Shown here piece by piece: positions 13,912 through 28,075 of a stretch of 64,000 bases of DNA; the stretch's first letter is position 1; each line of letters begins with the position of its first letter. A program made the translations under genes and the position numbers. Source of the DNA: the human T2T-CHM13v2.0 reference genome, Homo sapiens; assembly GCF_009914755.1 (NCBI RefSeq), contig NC_060930.1, one strand, 5' to 3'. The notes beneath the pieces were generated by a model that saw only the letters and a list, made by a program, of their open reading frames with translations, was not told where the DNA came from and made no database searches.

Positions 13912-14365
13912 TGTATTAGTCTCCTAGGACTGCTATAACAAAATACTACAAACTTGATGACTTCAAACAAATTTATTCTCTCACACTCTGGAGGCTAGAA
14001 ATCTGAAATTAAGGTGTCAACAGGCCCACATCCGCTCTGCAGGCTCTAGGGAAGGATCGTGTCTGCCTCTTCCTAGCTTCTGGTGGTTGCCAGCATTCCT
14101 TGGCCTTCCTTGGCTTATAGACACGTTGCTTCCTTCTTTGCCTCTGTAGTTACGTGATGTTCTCCCTGTGTGTGTCTGTGTTAAAAATTTCCCTCTTTTA
14201 ATAGGGACAACAGTTGAGTTGGGTCAGGGCCACCCTACGCCACTCTGACTTCATCTTCGCTTGATCACATCTGTAAAGACCCTTTTTCCAAATAAGGTCA
14301 CATTAGTACATACCAGAGGTTAGGACCTAAACACCTTTTTGGGGAACTCAATTCAACCCACAGCA
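13912..14365 (-). mobile_element. MLT1C-like LTR
   Basis: TGTATTAGTCTCCTAGGACTGCTATAACAAAATAC ... AATTCAACCCACAGCA. Confidence 0.85.
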
Positions 14366-14579
14366 GTCAAGTCTATTAAAGGACTGATGTAGTAATGAAC
14401 ATCATCCTCAGTAGCAAGAGTCTAATAAACTGTGTTGGCAAAAGACAAGAGCCTAAGGGCAATTCTGAGAAGGTTGGATGAGGAGGAAGGAGAACGTAAA
14501 AAGAAGCTGATAAAGTTTTCTGAGGAAATGGATTTCTCTTGGGTTGTCAGGAAAATCATATGGGGAGAATAAAGTCTTT

Positions 14580-14810
14580 TCTTCATTGAGCACTTATAAG
14601 TTGGTAGCCTAGATGAAACACTTCATGTATTGTTTCAGTATTCCTCACAGCCTACAAGGTAGGAAGTTATCTCCATTTTTTTTTAGATAAGAAGTTGGAA
14701 CACAGGGAAGTTACAGTCAATTGCTTAGAGGTTATTTAGTAAATAAATGGCAAAGCCAGGAATGAAAGCCCTCTCTGTCTCATAGCAAAGTCCATGCTCT
14801 TTCCGTTTGT
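14580..14810. mobile_element. MIR
   Basis: CATTGAGCACTTA ... TCTCCATTTT ... AGATAAGAA ... GGCAAAGCCAGGAATGAA core. Confidence 0.7.
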
Positions 14811-14929
14811 GAAACTAATCCTGCACTAAGTGAACAAATAATTATCCCATATGTAATCTATGCCAGGTACAGGACCCAGGGGTGTGTCAGGATATATGCT
14901 GCCAAGCTGCCTTGGACAAAGGTGATCAC

Positions 14930-16600
<1,671 letters not shown>

Positions 16601-16769
16601 TATCTTGATTTTTTTTTTCACACTACTGGATTTCACCATAATCAATTCTTTTTGTCTTCCTGAAAGTCCTCTCTTTTCTAAGCTAGTTCTACCTCTCTTG
16701 GCTTTCTAGTGCTTTTATGGACATTAAACATTATATATATTTAATTATATAAAGATTATATGTATTTTA

Positions 16770-19365
16770 AAATAGACTTTATGTTTTATAGCAGTTTTAG
16801 ATTTATAGCAAAATTGAACAGAAAATACAGAGAGTTCCCATATCCCCCTTCTGTCACACACCCACAACCTTCTCCACTATCGACATCTCCCACCAAAGTA
16901 GTACATTTGTTATAATCAATGAACCTACACTGACACATTATTATTACCCAAACTCCACAGTTTATATTAGGGCTTAACAAGTGTTGTACATCGTATGGGT
17001 ATGGACAAATGTATAATGGCATGTAATTACCGTTATATAATAGTATCATACAGGTTAGTTCCACTGCCCTCTGTGCTCTGCCTATTCATCCCTCTCTCCT
17101 TGCAACCCCTGACAGCCACTGATCTTTTTACTGTCTTCATAGTTTTGCCTTTTCCAAAGGTCACGTTGTTGGAATCATACTGTATATGGCCTTTTCAGAT
17201 TGGTTTCTTTCACTTACTAATATGCATTTAAGGTTCCTCCATATCTTTTCTTGGCATGATAGATTATTTCTTTTTATCACTGAATAATATTCCATTGTCT
17301 GGATCTACCAGAGTTTGCTTAGTCATTCACCCACTGAAGGATGTCTTGGTCGCTTCCAAGTGTGGGAAATTAGTAATCATGCCATTACAAACATCTTTGT
17401 GCAAGTTTTTTTGTGGACAAGTTTTTAACACATTTGGGTAAATAGTAAGGTGTGTGATTGCTGTATTATGTGGTAAGAGTATGTTTAGTTTTGTAAGAAA
17501 CTGCCGAACTATCTTCCAAAGTGTCTGGACCATTTTGCATCCCCACCATCAATGAATGAAAATTCCTACTGTTCCACATCTTTGTCAGCATCAGGTGTTC
17601 TGGATTTTGGCCGTTCTAATAGATGTGTAGTTTTATCTTAGTGTCATTTTAATTTACAATTCTCTAATGACATACGATGTTGAGCATCTTTTCATGTGCT
17701 TATTTGCCATCTATATACTTTATTTGGTGAGATATTTATTCAGGTCTTTTGCCCATTTTTTAAATTGAGTTATTCCTTTCCTTATTGTTGAGTTTTAAGA
17801 GTTCTTTGCATATTTTAGATAACAATCCTTTGTCAGATGTGTGTTTTGCAAATATTTTCTCCCAGTCTGTGACTTGTCTTTACATTCTCTTGAGAGTCCT
17901 TTCATAGAGCAATTTTTAATTTTAATGAAGCTTTGCTTATCAATTTTATCTTTGTTACTGTATTTTAAAAACAATCACCATATCCAAGGATATCTAGATT
18001 TTCTCTTATGTTATCTTCTGGGAATTTTATAATTTTGCACTTAACATGAAGGTCTATGATCCATTTGAGTTAACTTTTGTGAAAGATGTAATCTCTGTGT
18101 CTAGATTCAGTTTTTTATTTTGTTTTGTTTTGTTTTGTTTGCGTGTGGATGGCCGGTTGTTTCAGCACATTTGAGGAAAAGACTGACTTTTCTCCACTGA
18201 GTTTTCTTTGCTTCTTTTTCAAAGGTCAATTGTTACGTGGTTCTATTCCTGGGCTCTCTATTCTGTTCCACTGATCTATTTGTCCATTCTTTTGCTAATA
18301 TCATACCATCTTGATTACTGAAGCTTTATAGCAAGTCTTGAAGTCGAGTAGTGTCAGTCCACAACCCTGTTTTTCTGTTTCAATATTGATTTGGCTATTC
18401 TAGGTCTTTCATCTCTCCATATAAATTCAATAATCAGTTTGTCAATATCCACAAAATAACTTGCTGGAATTTTGATTGAGATTGCATTGAATCCCTATTG
18501 AGTCCCTATTATATAGTGCTTAATAAACCACCCCAAAATGAGATCAAGTTGGGAAGAACTGATATCTTGACAATATTGTCTTCCCACCCATGAACATAAA
18601 ATATCTCTCCATTTTACTTAGTTCATCTTTGATTTCTATTATCACAGTTTCATAGATTTTCTTATGTGTATCAAGCACATATTTTGTTAGATTTATACCT
18701 AAGTATATAACTTTAGGGGTGCTAATGTAAATGGTATTGTGTTTGTAATTTATTTGTTTATTGTTCATTTTTATGAAAGACGTAGATTTTTGTAAATTAA
18801 CCTTACATCCTTCAACCTTGCCATAATTACTTATAAGGGCCAGGAGGTTTTTGGAGATTCTTCTGAATTGTCTATGTAGATGATTGTGTCATCTATGAAC
18901 AAAGACAGTTTTATTTCTTTCTTCCCAATCAGTGTACATTTTATTTCCTTTTTTTGTCCAACTGCACTAGCTAGGACTGCTAGTATGATGTTGAAAAAGA
19001 GTGGCAAGAGGGATCACCCTTGTCTTGTTGCTAATCTTAGCCAGAAAGCTTCTAATTTCTCACTATTAAGCATGGTATTAACTGTAGGGCTTTAAACAGA
19101 TATATTATTTAGCAGGTTTAGGAAGCTCCCCTCTATTCTTAGTAGGCTGAGTGTTTTTATCATAAACAGGCAGTGGATTTTGTCAAATGTCTTTTCTGTG
19201 TATATTGATAAGATCATATGATTTTCTTTTTTAGCCAGTTGATGTGATGGACTACCTTAATTGATTTTTGAATGTTGAGCCAGCCTTATGCATGTGGGAT
19301 AAACCCCTGTTGATCATGGTATGTATTTCATTTTATACAGTGTCAGCTTTAGTTTGCTGGATTTT
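16770..19365 (-). mobile_element. L1MC1/2-like LINE-1, 3' 2.6 kb
   Basis: L1MC 3' UTR signature (AAAATTGAACAGAAAATACAGAGAGTTCCCATAT; GAACCTACACTGACACATT); ORF2 remnants such as YLGINLTK and QTLWKIVRQFLTKLNI in minus-strand ORFs. Confidence 0.88.
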
Positions 19366-19572
19366 TAAAATATGAAATCTCTTTTATAATTTCATCAGGA
19401 TATTGGAATAAAAAAGATGTAGATGCATATATTCAGTCATTCCTTTTGAACCAGTTATATTTCTAAAAGCTTAACAAAAGTCTGGAGAAATCTCTTTTAT
19501 GTTCTGAGGAGTTAAAAATTATATTACAAGGAAGCAACAAGAGAAAAGACTTATCCCCAATTGTTCCTGGTG

Positions 19573-20128
19573 CCTATTATTGCTTAGTAAACCACCCCAA
19601 AACTTGGTGATTTAAACAACAATGGTCATTTATGTTGCCTGTTAATTGCAATCTGGGCAGGGCTCTGCAGGGAAGGCTCATCTCTGCCTCACAGGGACAT
19701 TCAGTGGCTGGAAGGTCCACCTCCAGGCTAGCTAACACACAGTTGGCAAGTCGGTACTCACTGCCTCTGTGTGGGAGCTCAGCCACAGCTCAGAGCTAGG
19801 CATTCTCACAGCACAATGGCTGGTTCCCAAGGCCAAGTATCCTGAGAGAGAGCTAGGTAGATGTTGTATTGCCTTCAGCTGTACTTTGTTAGTCAAGGCA
19901 GTTGCAAAGTCATGTGCAGGCTGAAGGGGAGGGAACAGAGACTCCATGTGAGGACACAAGAAGAAGGCAGCCATCTGCAAGCCAGAAAGTAAGGCCTCAC
20001 CAGAAACCAAATTTTCCAACACCTTAATCTTGGACCTCTTGCCTTCAGAACTGTGAGAAAATAAATCCTGTTGTTCAAGCCATGCAGCCTGTGGTACATA
20101 GTCATAGCAGCCAGAACACATTAAGACA
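19573..20128. mobile_element. MLT1J/K-like LTR (-, ~19573-19935) abutting the 3' half of an MLT1A/B LTR (+, ~19940-20128)
   Basis: AAACCACCCCAAAACTTGGTGATTTAAACAAC; CCATGTGAGGACACAAGAAGAAGGCAGCCATCTGCAAGCCAG. Confidence 0.75.
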
Positions 20129-21004
20129 AACCCCGTTAGGCCTTGAATGCTAATGTCAGGCAAAGACCTAGCATATTAAGGCCGTTTTTAGACAGAGAGC
20201 TTTTTTGACTACCACAGTGGTAAATGGAGCATGCCAGTCATGTAAAGAGGCCCATAGGGTAGAAATCCCTGCCATTCTAGTATTCTTACGACAAGCTGAC
20301 TATATGCAGGCAGAACAAAGGGACAGATGCCCCACTAGTGATTAAGGAAACAATGTGCCTTGGGGAGACGGGAAGGCTCTAGAATGGTATGAGCACCTTC
20401 AGATGGATAGGCTTGGATTCTAGAAATCCTTATGTGGATGGGTAGAGCCCAAATGGCCAGCACCTCCACTCATGCATGAGACCAGTGCATAAGAGATACA
20501 CATCATAGAGTTTTCATCTGCTACTGGGGTCTGGCTCTTACACCTGTATGAACATGTGTAGAGCCTAGGTAGGACCATCCTATGAATGAATGTTCAGGAG
20601 TCACCCATCCCCATGAATGGAAACTAGGACTGATGGAACTAGGTATTTCCTGAACACTCAAAGTGGATCAACCTAATAGTGAACAAAACCACATCTGACA
20701 AGGAGAAGGCATAGGGACTACCTAGTGTTAGGAAACAGTCCCCGATTTCTGACTCATCCTGCTATAAGCCAACTTCTTTCCCACAAGACAGTACAGGACA
20801 CAGCCTACAGGAGGAAATAGAAGTCCTGATCTTTCTCTTTCAGTATCCTGTGCTGTCAGAGGTCACTTTAGCTAGGCTTAAAAACCAGAAGGAAAAGAAT
20901 TTCAGGATGGCAAAGGGATGGGCATGGTAGTGGTAAGACGATGAGGTGTGAGGGGCAGAGGAATAAGAAATTTAATGGTTTTTATTCAGACTTTATTATT
21001 TGGG

Positions 21005-21357
21005 CATGAGCCATTGGTGATTAACTCAATCTCCAGCCCCTTTGCCCTCCCTGAAGGTTGGGGAGGCAGGAAGTCCATCCCTCTGATCATGCCTTGGTCT
21101 CCATTCCCCAAACCCCATCCTGAAGCTATCTAGGGCCCCCAATACCGAGTCATTTCATTAGAGAAGGACATTCATCACTCCAGAAATTCCAAGGGTCTTA
21201 GAAGCTCTTGTGTTAGAAACTGGGGACTAAGACCAAATATTATAACAAAAAGATGTTCCCAGCATTCCTATCATCCAGGCAGTTACAAAGGTTTTTGGAA
21301 CTCTGTGTCAGGAATCAGGAGCAGAGACCAGGTATCTATTTCTTGTCATGTCCCACA
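21005..21357 (-). mobile_element. MER21C-like LTR fragment
   Basis: GCCATTGGTGATTAACTCAATCTCCAGCCCC is the reverse of the MER21 core also seen near 4800-4850. Confidence 0.75.
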
Positions 21358-23249
21358 AGAGGATGCAGAAAATCTGGGATTGTAACTGTTGATGGTTATG
21401 TAATCTCAGGAAACTTCTTTGTCCTCCATTGCTTCACAATTAAATGGGGCAGATATGCCTCCCCTCTCTCACTCTATTTCCTGAGCACACATTCCAGAAT
21501 CTCAGCAAACTCTAGAGACAAAGACACAGCCCTGGCCCCCAGGGAGCAAGGTCTTAGGGTGCTGGAGAAAATTATCGTTTTTGTTCCCTTCCAATAGTGA
21601 AATCTATGATCATTAAAAAAATACAGTATACCTCCTAATTAAGCCAAGTTTCCCTTCTCATTTTAGTTATCAGGAATTTAAATCAATCAAGGCATAAATT
21701 GGACCAAACATTATTACCACTGTTCATTGATATCCTTAACTAAGAACGTTACTGAAACTTTCCCTTAATACTTATTATATATCTTCCAAGTCAATCCTGA
21801 GAAAATCCATAAAGCTCATCTCAGGGCGAAAGCTTGTACATTTAAGTAACAGGATTCCAAATAAACAATATTGCTGAGTTAACTAAAAATACATTAACTA
21901 AAAATAAATCTCATCTAAAATATTAAAAATGGATATTTTTAAAATGCTTTTTATTTTTTAAGTGTTCCTGGTTAAATGTGGCATCTAAGAATGGTTTTTG
22001 CAACTTATAAAAAGCTGCTGCCTATCTTTTTAAAAATCCCTGCCAAAAAAATCACATAAATGGTGAATTTATAAAATGTCATACAATTGAATTCATATAA
22101 TGGCAATGAGAATAAGTAAAAGGAAAAAATTATAAAGCATTTACTCACAATAGTATACATTCCGTTCAACTATGCTGGGAATTCCATTTATGTATTCAAA
22201 GTTTCTATTAACTTCTTTGGAATCCAGCATAAACCTTTGATAGTATTTATAAAAAATTTTAAAATGTGAAATGGCAAAATGGAAAGAGAGCATTCAAAGA
22301 GAAAGGAAATTCTTGGTCAGTTAAAACATTTCACACCTCCCTAACTGCCTTTCTCTGCTTCTTGATTCAAAGTTCTAAGGCAAGTAAACACTAGAAATTA
22401 GTGTTTCCTTTAAAAAGCCTTCTTGGGTTATGCCAAATCAAAAAAAAAAAAAAAAAAAAAAAGACATCTTAATTCACACTGTTGAAAAAACAGAGCATCT
22501 CCAAAGTTACCAGCTGTACATTTTACTTCTTTGAACGCACCCAGAACACATTGCAAAGATATTCAGCAAATGCCTACTGAATTGAATCTTGATGAGAAAC
22601 AGATAATTCTGTTCTTCTATTAGTTTTATTTTATGGGGGTAGCTTAAAAATTAATCAATTTAGATGATGACATTCAAGGTCAGGAATGTTATTCCTTCTT
22701 CCTCACTCTATATTCCTGGAAGCCTTTTACAGCTTATTGTATTCAGTATTCCTCCTTGCATAAAATATAGACTAGTCACCAGAATTCCTATAAAAATGAA
22801 AAGCAAAAACAAGTGCCCCTATTAAAAGTTTTAAGAAGTCATTTTGTCAAGAGAAAAGCCTTCTTTAATGTTCTCTTCAAGTCTAATCAAGGGCTTTGAG
22901 AAAAATGCTGAGCAGTTTCCTTTTTTCTAAAGTTCAAGGAAGACAAAAGAGACAAATTTACATTTTGATTGAACGTTTTATTTATTCAGCCTTCACTCAG
23001 CAAATATTTATTAGTGTCCACTGTATACCAGGCACTGTGATAACTACTTGTTACTGCTGGGTGAGCTGCTAGAGTGAGCTACTAAAGAAGTGTATAATAT
23101 GAACCACTACAGATTGTCGATGAGATGTGTGAGCACTCTGTCTCTTGGAGGGGCAATGGGAAAATAGGAGATGGAACTAGGTAAAACTCAAAGTGGCCCT
23201 TACCTCTCTCACTCTAACTCCATGCTCATCACAAATTTCAAGATCAAAA

Positions 23250-23325
23250 ACTTTGGGAGGCCGAGGTGGGTGGATCATTTAAGATCAGGAGTTCGAGACC
23301 AGCCTGGTCAACATGGTGAAACCCC
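23250..23325 (+). mobile_element. Internal AluS fragment (76 bp), truncated at both ends
   Basis: ACTTTGGGAGGCCGAGGTGGG ... AACATGGTGAAACCCC; no tail and no TSD. Confidence 0.9.
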
Positions 23326-23349
23326 AACCTAAGCCCCATCAGGTGAACA

Positions 23350-23859
23350 CCTAACATTAACCACCGCATTGGTTCCAAGAGTGAGGATGGGGGAGGGGTG
23401 TTGAGAGTTTAAGGAAGGGGAGTGAGAGTCATCTAGGAGAGTAGAAGAGAGAACAGACTGGGGAAATGGGCTGGCAACACTCAAGTATAACTTGGTTAAT
23501 CATCTTGTACTTAAAGTAATAGTTACAAGCTTTTCTTGGGCTATGTACAACTGCATGGTGAAGGCAGAGAGTTGGATTTAACCAAGACTGTGACTTTGGT
23601 GAGGATGTATGACCAAAAGAGAGAGGAGGGGGGTATATGGAAGAGATTGCTTGTATGGATGAAGCATGGAATAACCGTGGCAAGGAGAGAAATAACGAGA
23701 TGAGGGGTGAGGGACAGTGAGGTGGAGGATGGATCAATGTGTTGTGGGTCCTGCAATGGTAGAAAGACCATCAAGGTGCTTGAGGGAGTGAGGAGGAAAA
23801 TAGGAAATAGTGGCTGGAGAGTGGTTACTTGAAACTGAGTTTATGGCAAGGATGTAGAG

Positions 23860-23902
<43 letters not shown>

Positions 23903-24300
23903 CCGTAATGGGAATGTCTAAGGTATAATCATGGAAGTCAAGCTTTTTGGAGGTGGGGAGAGAACTGAGGGGGCCAGGACACTGGATGGATCACCAGATG
24001 CTGAAATCACTAAGTCTTGTTGGAGTGACAAGGAACTAGAAGTGCCAAGCAGTGACTAGGGTCAGTCAAGGATAGCAACCACAAGAGCAAGTGGGTGGTA
24101 CGACCTGCTGGCATGGGACACAGAGCCAGGAGGGCCTTGGGAGTGGGGAAGAAGAGGGAAACAGGCACCACTGGAGAGAACTGCGGGGGGCAGGAGTGCC
24201 CCAGGTCAGAGCCAGGTTTCAGCAAGACCAGGCAGGTGATGGGGATGTTCAGGAAAAAGTGGAGGATGTGAGGGATTCTACCGAGGACTGACTGTGTCTT
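23350..24300 (-). mobile_element. Degraded L2 ORF2 region
   Basis: Purine-rich L2 antisense with GGATTTAACCAAGACTG, giving the minus-strand remnant QSWLNPT. Confidence 0.55.
23862..23901 (+). repeat. (GT)20 microsatellite
   Basis: Direct count. Confidence 0.98.
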
Positions 24301-24306
24301 CCAGAC

Positions 24307-24525
24307 CAGAGTGTCTCAAACTTTAATGTGCAGCCATGTCGCCTGGGGAGTCCTGTTAAAATGCACATTCTGATTCCGCAGGTCTTGGGTGGAGCCCAGG
24401 TCTCTGCATTTCTTTTTTTTAATTATTACCATTTTACTTTAAGTTCTGAGATACAGTGTCTCTGCATTTCTAACAAGGTCCCAGGTGATGCTGCTGCTGG
24501 TCTTTGGACTACACTCAGAGCACCG
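24307..24525. mobile_element. MER5A interrupted by a 44-bp L1PA 3' tip (24414-24457, -)
   Basis: MER5A: TCTCAAACTTTAATGTGCA ... TAACAAGGTCCCAGGTGATGCTG. Insert flanked by TSD GTCTCTGCATTTCT. Confidence 0.85.
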
Positions 24526-24529
24526 AGGT

Positions 24530-25765
24530 CCCATGTGGGAACTACCAGCACATACAGCTACTGAGCACTGAAAATGTGGCTCATTTGAATTGGGATGTGC
24601 CAGAAGTATAAAATGCACACTGCATTTTCAGGCCAATAAAAGAATATAAAATGTCTTATTAATAATTTCTTGGGTGAGTGCAGTGTCTCAGGCCTGTAAT
24701 CCCAGCACTTTGGGAGGCCAAGGTGGGAGGATCACTTGAGCTCTGGAGTTTGAGACCAACCTGAGCAACACAGCAATACCCCATCTCTACTAAAAATCAA
24801 AAAAACTAGCTGGCCATGGTGATGCATACCTGTGGCCCCACTACTCAGGAGGCTGAGGCAGGAGGATCACTTGAACTCAGGAAAGTGAGACTGCAGTGAG
24901 GTATGATCGTGACACTGCACTGAGCCACTGCACTCAACTTAGTTTAGGCTGCTATAACAGATTGCCATAGACTGGGTGGCTTAAACAACACATGTTTTTT
25001 CTCACAGCTTTGGAGGCTGTAAGTCCAGTTTCAAGGAGTCAGCATCATGGGATCTGATAAGAAGCCTCTTCCAAGTTGTAGACTGCTGATTTCCAGTTGT
25101 ATCCTCACATGGTGGAATGACAGCCAGATAATTCTCTAGGGTCCCTTTCACAAAGGCATTAATCCCATTCATGAGGCTTCTACTCTCATGACCTAATCTC
25201 CCAAAGGCCCCACCTCCATGGACCATCACATTGGGGGTTAGGATTTGATCTTATGAATTTGGGGGTGATATAAACATTCAGTCCACCCATAGAAATTATT
25301 GTTATTGAGACAGCATCTCGCTCTGTTGCACAGGCTGGCTGGAGTGCAGTGGTGCAATCATGGCTCACTGCAACCTCAAATTCCTGGGCTCAAGGGATCC
25401 TCCTGCCTCAGCCTCCCAAGTAGCTAGGACTACAGGTATGTGCCACCACTCCCAACTAATTTTTTTATTTTTTGTAGAGACGAGATCTAACTTTGTTGCC
25501 CAGGCTGGTATTGAACTCTTGGGTTCAAGTAATCCTCCTGCCTCAGTCTCCTAAAGTGCTAGGGTTATAGATGTGAGCCACTGTACCCAGCCAGGTTGTA
25601 TATTGAAATAATAATTTCTTAATATATTGAATTAAAATATATTTAAGGCAATTTTATCTGTTTCTTTTTACTTTTTAAATGTGGTTACTGGATAATTTGA
25701 AATTATATATATGACTGTCATATATAAGACAAAGGAAATGTAAGAGATTTCCTTTGGACAACACT
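24530..25765. mobile_element. MER33 host with nested AluJ (+, 24671-24935), MLT1A-like LTR (-, 24936-25290) and AluJ (-, ~25295-25592)
   Basis: MER33-like CTACTGAGCACTGAAAATGTGGC ... AAAATGTCTTATTAATAATT resumes after 25595 (TTTTTAAATGTGGTTACT). Alu and MLT1A signatures lie between. Confidence 0.8.
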
Positions 25766-26256
25766 ATTCTCAAGGGTACTTGGGAAAGGTTTCCAGAGCT
25801 TAAAAGACGGAGAAATAAAGTCAGATAGAAGGATGTATGGGGAAGCATGCAGGTCAGAGTCCAGGAGAGGCCTGGGCCCTGGGCCACGTCACAGTGACAT
25901 GCAAAGGGCATGGTGAGATCAGTCCACCTGCTCTGAAGCTTATAGCAAGGACAAGCCTGAGAGATGAGGGGCAGGGGCAAAAGGCAGTAACTGCGAATAT
26001 ATTGGGACTGAAATATTTACACATTTAATACCAAAGAAAGTAGAATTGAAAACACCCACCATTTACAGAATTTGCTTGGTGCTGTCCAGGTACCTTAGGA
26101 CCCATGAAGGGAGAACTTTCTCAATTTGAAATAACATGATCTACAGAGAAGGTCAATTAAAGGAGTCAAAAAGCTCTCAAAGGTAGTAACCACAAAATGC
26201 CACTTTGAATAATATTGCTGGCAATTTTGTGAAAGAAAATTAATGATAATGATACC

Positions 26257-27144
26257 TGTAAACCAAAAAGTATGAGACAGGTCTAAACTGATTTAGAGGT
26301 TTATTTTGCCAAAGTTGAGGGGGCCAGTAACACAGCCTCAGGAGGTCCTGAGAACATGTGCCCAAGGTGACTGGGTTATAGCTTGATTTTATACATTTTA
26401 GGGAGACAGTAGTGACAGGCAGTGACATAGATCAATACATTTAAGATATACATTGATTCAGCCAAAAAAGGCAGGACATCTTGAAGCAGGTGGGAAGGGG
26501 CGTCCAGGTCACAGGTGTATTCAAAGCTTTCCTGGTTAGCAGTTGATTGAAAGAGTTAAGCTATACCTGAAGAGTTGACATCAGCTTGAATTAAGGTAAG
26601 TGTTGGGGTGGCAGTGGGGGTGGAGGAGTTGTGGAAGTTAAGGTTCAGGTAGAAGGCTTCGGAGAGAACAGATGGTAAATGTCTCTTAACATACCTTAAA
26701 ACGTGTCAGACTCAGTCACATTGCTCCTGGCTCAGGAAAAGACCTGGAAAGAAAGGGGGATTCTCTACAGAATGTAAATTTCCCCTACAAGAGACAGCTT
26801 TTCAAGGCCATTTCAGAATATGTCAAAGAAACATATTCTGGGCGTAAATTAGTTTGATTTCCTTTAGGGCCTGTTATGTGTCATGTGATACTGTAGCTGA
26901 GTCAGGTTGACATTGGTGTCTGATTGCTACAAAGAGTCTGTTCGGTGAGTCTTAGGATCTCTGTTTTAATGTGAGTGCTGGTCAGTTGTGTCTAAACTGC
27001 AAAAGGGAGTGGGTATAATAAGGCATGTCTGACCCCACTTCTCACCATGGCAGGAACTGGTTTTTCAGGTTTCTTTGGCATCCTCTTGGCTGGGGGGGTC
27101 CATTCAGTCAGTTGGGGGGCTTAGAATTTTCATCTTGGTTTACT
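26257..27144 (-). mobile_element. MER4-family (B/D-like) ERV1 solo LTR
   Basis: Ends GGGGTCCATTCAGTCAGTTGGGGGGCTTAGAATTTT, the reverse of the MER4 5' end; degenerate 4-bp TSD TACC/CACC. Confidence 0.85.
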
Positions 27145-27568
27145 CACCAAATAAAAAGTCTTTAGAGAAATGCCATTGACCAGTATTAGACACAGGTACA
27201 ACTAAGAAACCCATCAAAATATGTGAAAATGTACCAAGGTTAATTTCCTTATAATATTTTTCATGTCCAGATAATTAGCACAAATAAAAACTTTCAAAAA
27301 TTGCCAACAAGCAGACAAACAACTCTTATTCTTTGTTTGTTTGTTTTTAAATAAATTTTAAGCTCTTGGTTGCAAGTCCTCTGCTCTGTGCTGACTTCAG
27401 CACCTTCCTGTGGTAACAACCCCTAATAACTGGATGTTTTGGATCTCATAGTTCCTGCTGGAATCTTGCTGTTGCCCATTCAAGTCTGGTGGTTCCTGTG
27501 TGTTGGGGTGGCCTTGCTTCTCCTGCTCTTAGCTCTGGAGGAGCCCTCGGCTGGTGCTGCAGTGAATC

Positions 27569-27794
27569 TGTCAGAGTCGTCCTAACCAGAGTGCCCCCAT
27601 CCTGAATAGAGGCTGGATAAAGCCAAACCTGCTGGGTTATAGTCCCAGGGGATTGGGCAGTCCTGGTCACAAGATATTTAAGGTTGAGGGAATAAGTTAA
27701 TGATGCTAAGTAAATAAAGACCCTGAATTCTTTCCCGTGAGAGATTCAAGAACTCACTCTTGGCATCTGGGATAAGACCCTTTTTCCGGTAACA
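27569..27794 (+). mobile_element. MER41-family LTR with a large internal deletion
   Basis: 5' TGTCAGAG..AACCAGAG..CCATCCTGAATAGAGGCTGG and 3' CAAGAACTCACTCTTGGCATCTGG..GACCCTTTTTCCGGTAACA, only 226 bp apart; TSD AATC/AACC. Confidence 0.72.
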
Positions 27795-28032
27795 AACCCC
27801 TGCCCTGGCCCTTTCTTCCTTCTGGAAAACTTAAAAAAAAAATAGGCCTCAAAAAGACTGCATTAATCTGAGAAACTGCTGAATATGGCTACTAAGAGAA
27901 GCTGGGATTTTCTGATTTTTAATGTCGGTTTCAAAGAGAGCAGGTATACTTTGCAGGAGGGAACCATGCTAGCTGCAGAATCATGGACGAGCTGGACCAC
28001 AAGTTTTTACACAGTGTGCATGCTTTTGTTCT

Positions 28033-28075
28033 CCTGTCAACTTCTGTTGTTTTCCTGTCAACTTCTGTTGTTTTC
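28033..28075 (+). repeat. 21-bp tandem duplication (CCTGTCAACTTCTGTTGTTTT x2)
   Basis: Two adjacent identical copies seen directly. Confidence 0.9.
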
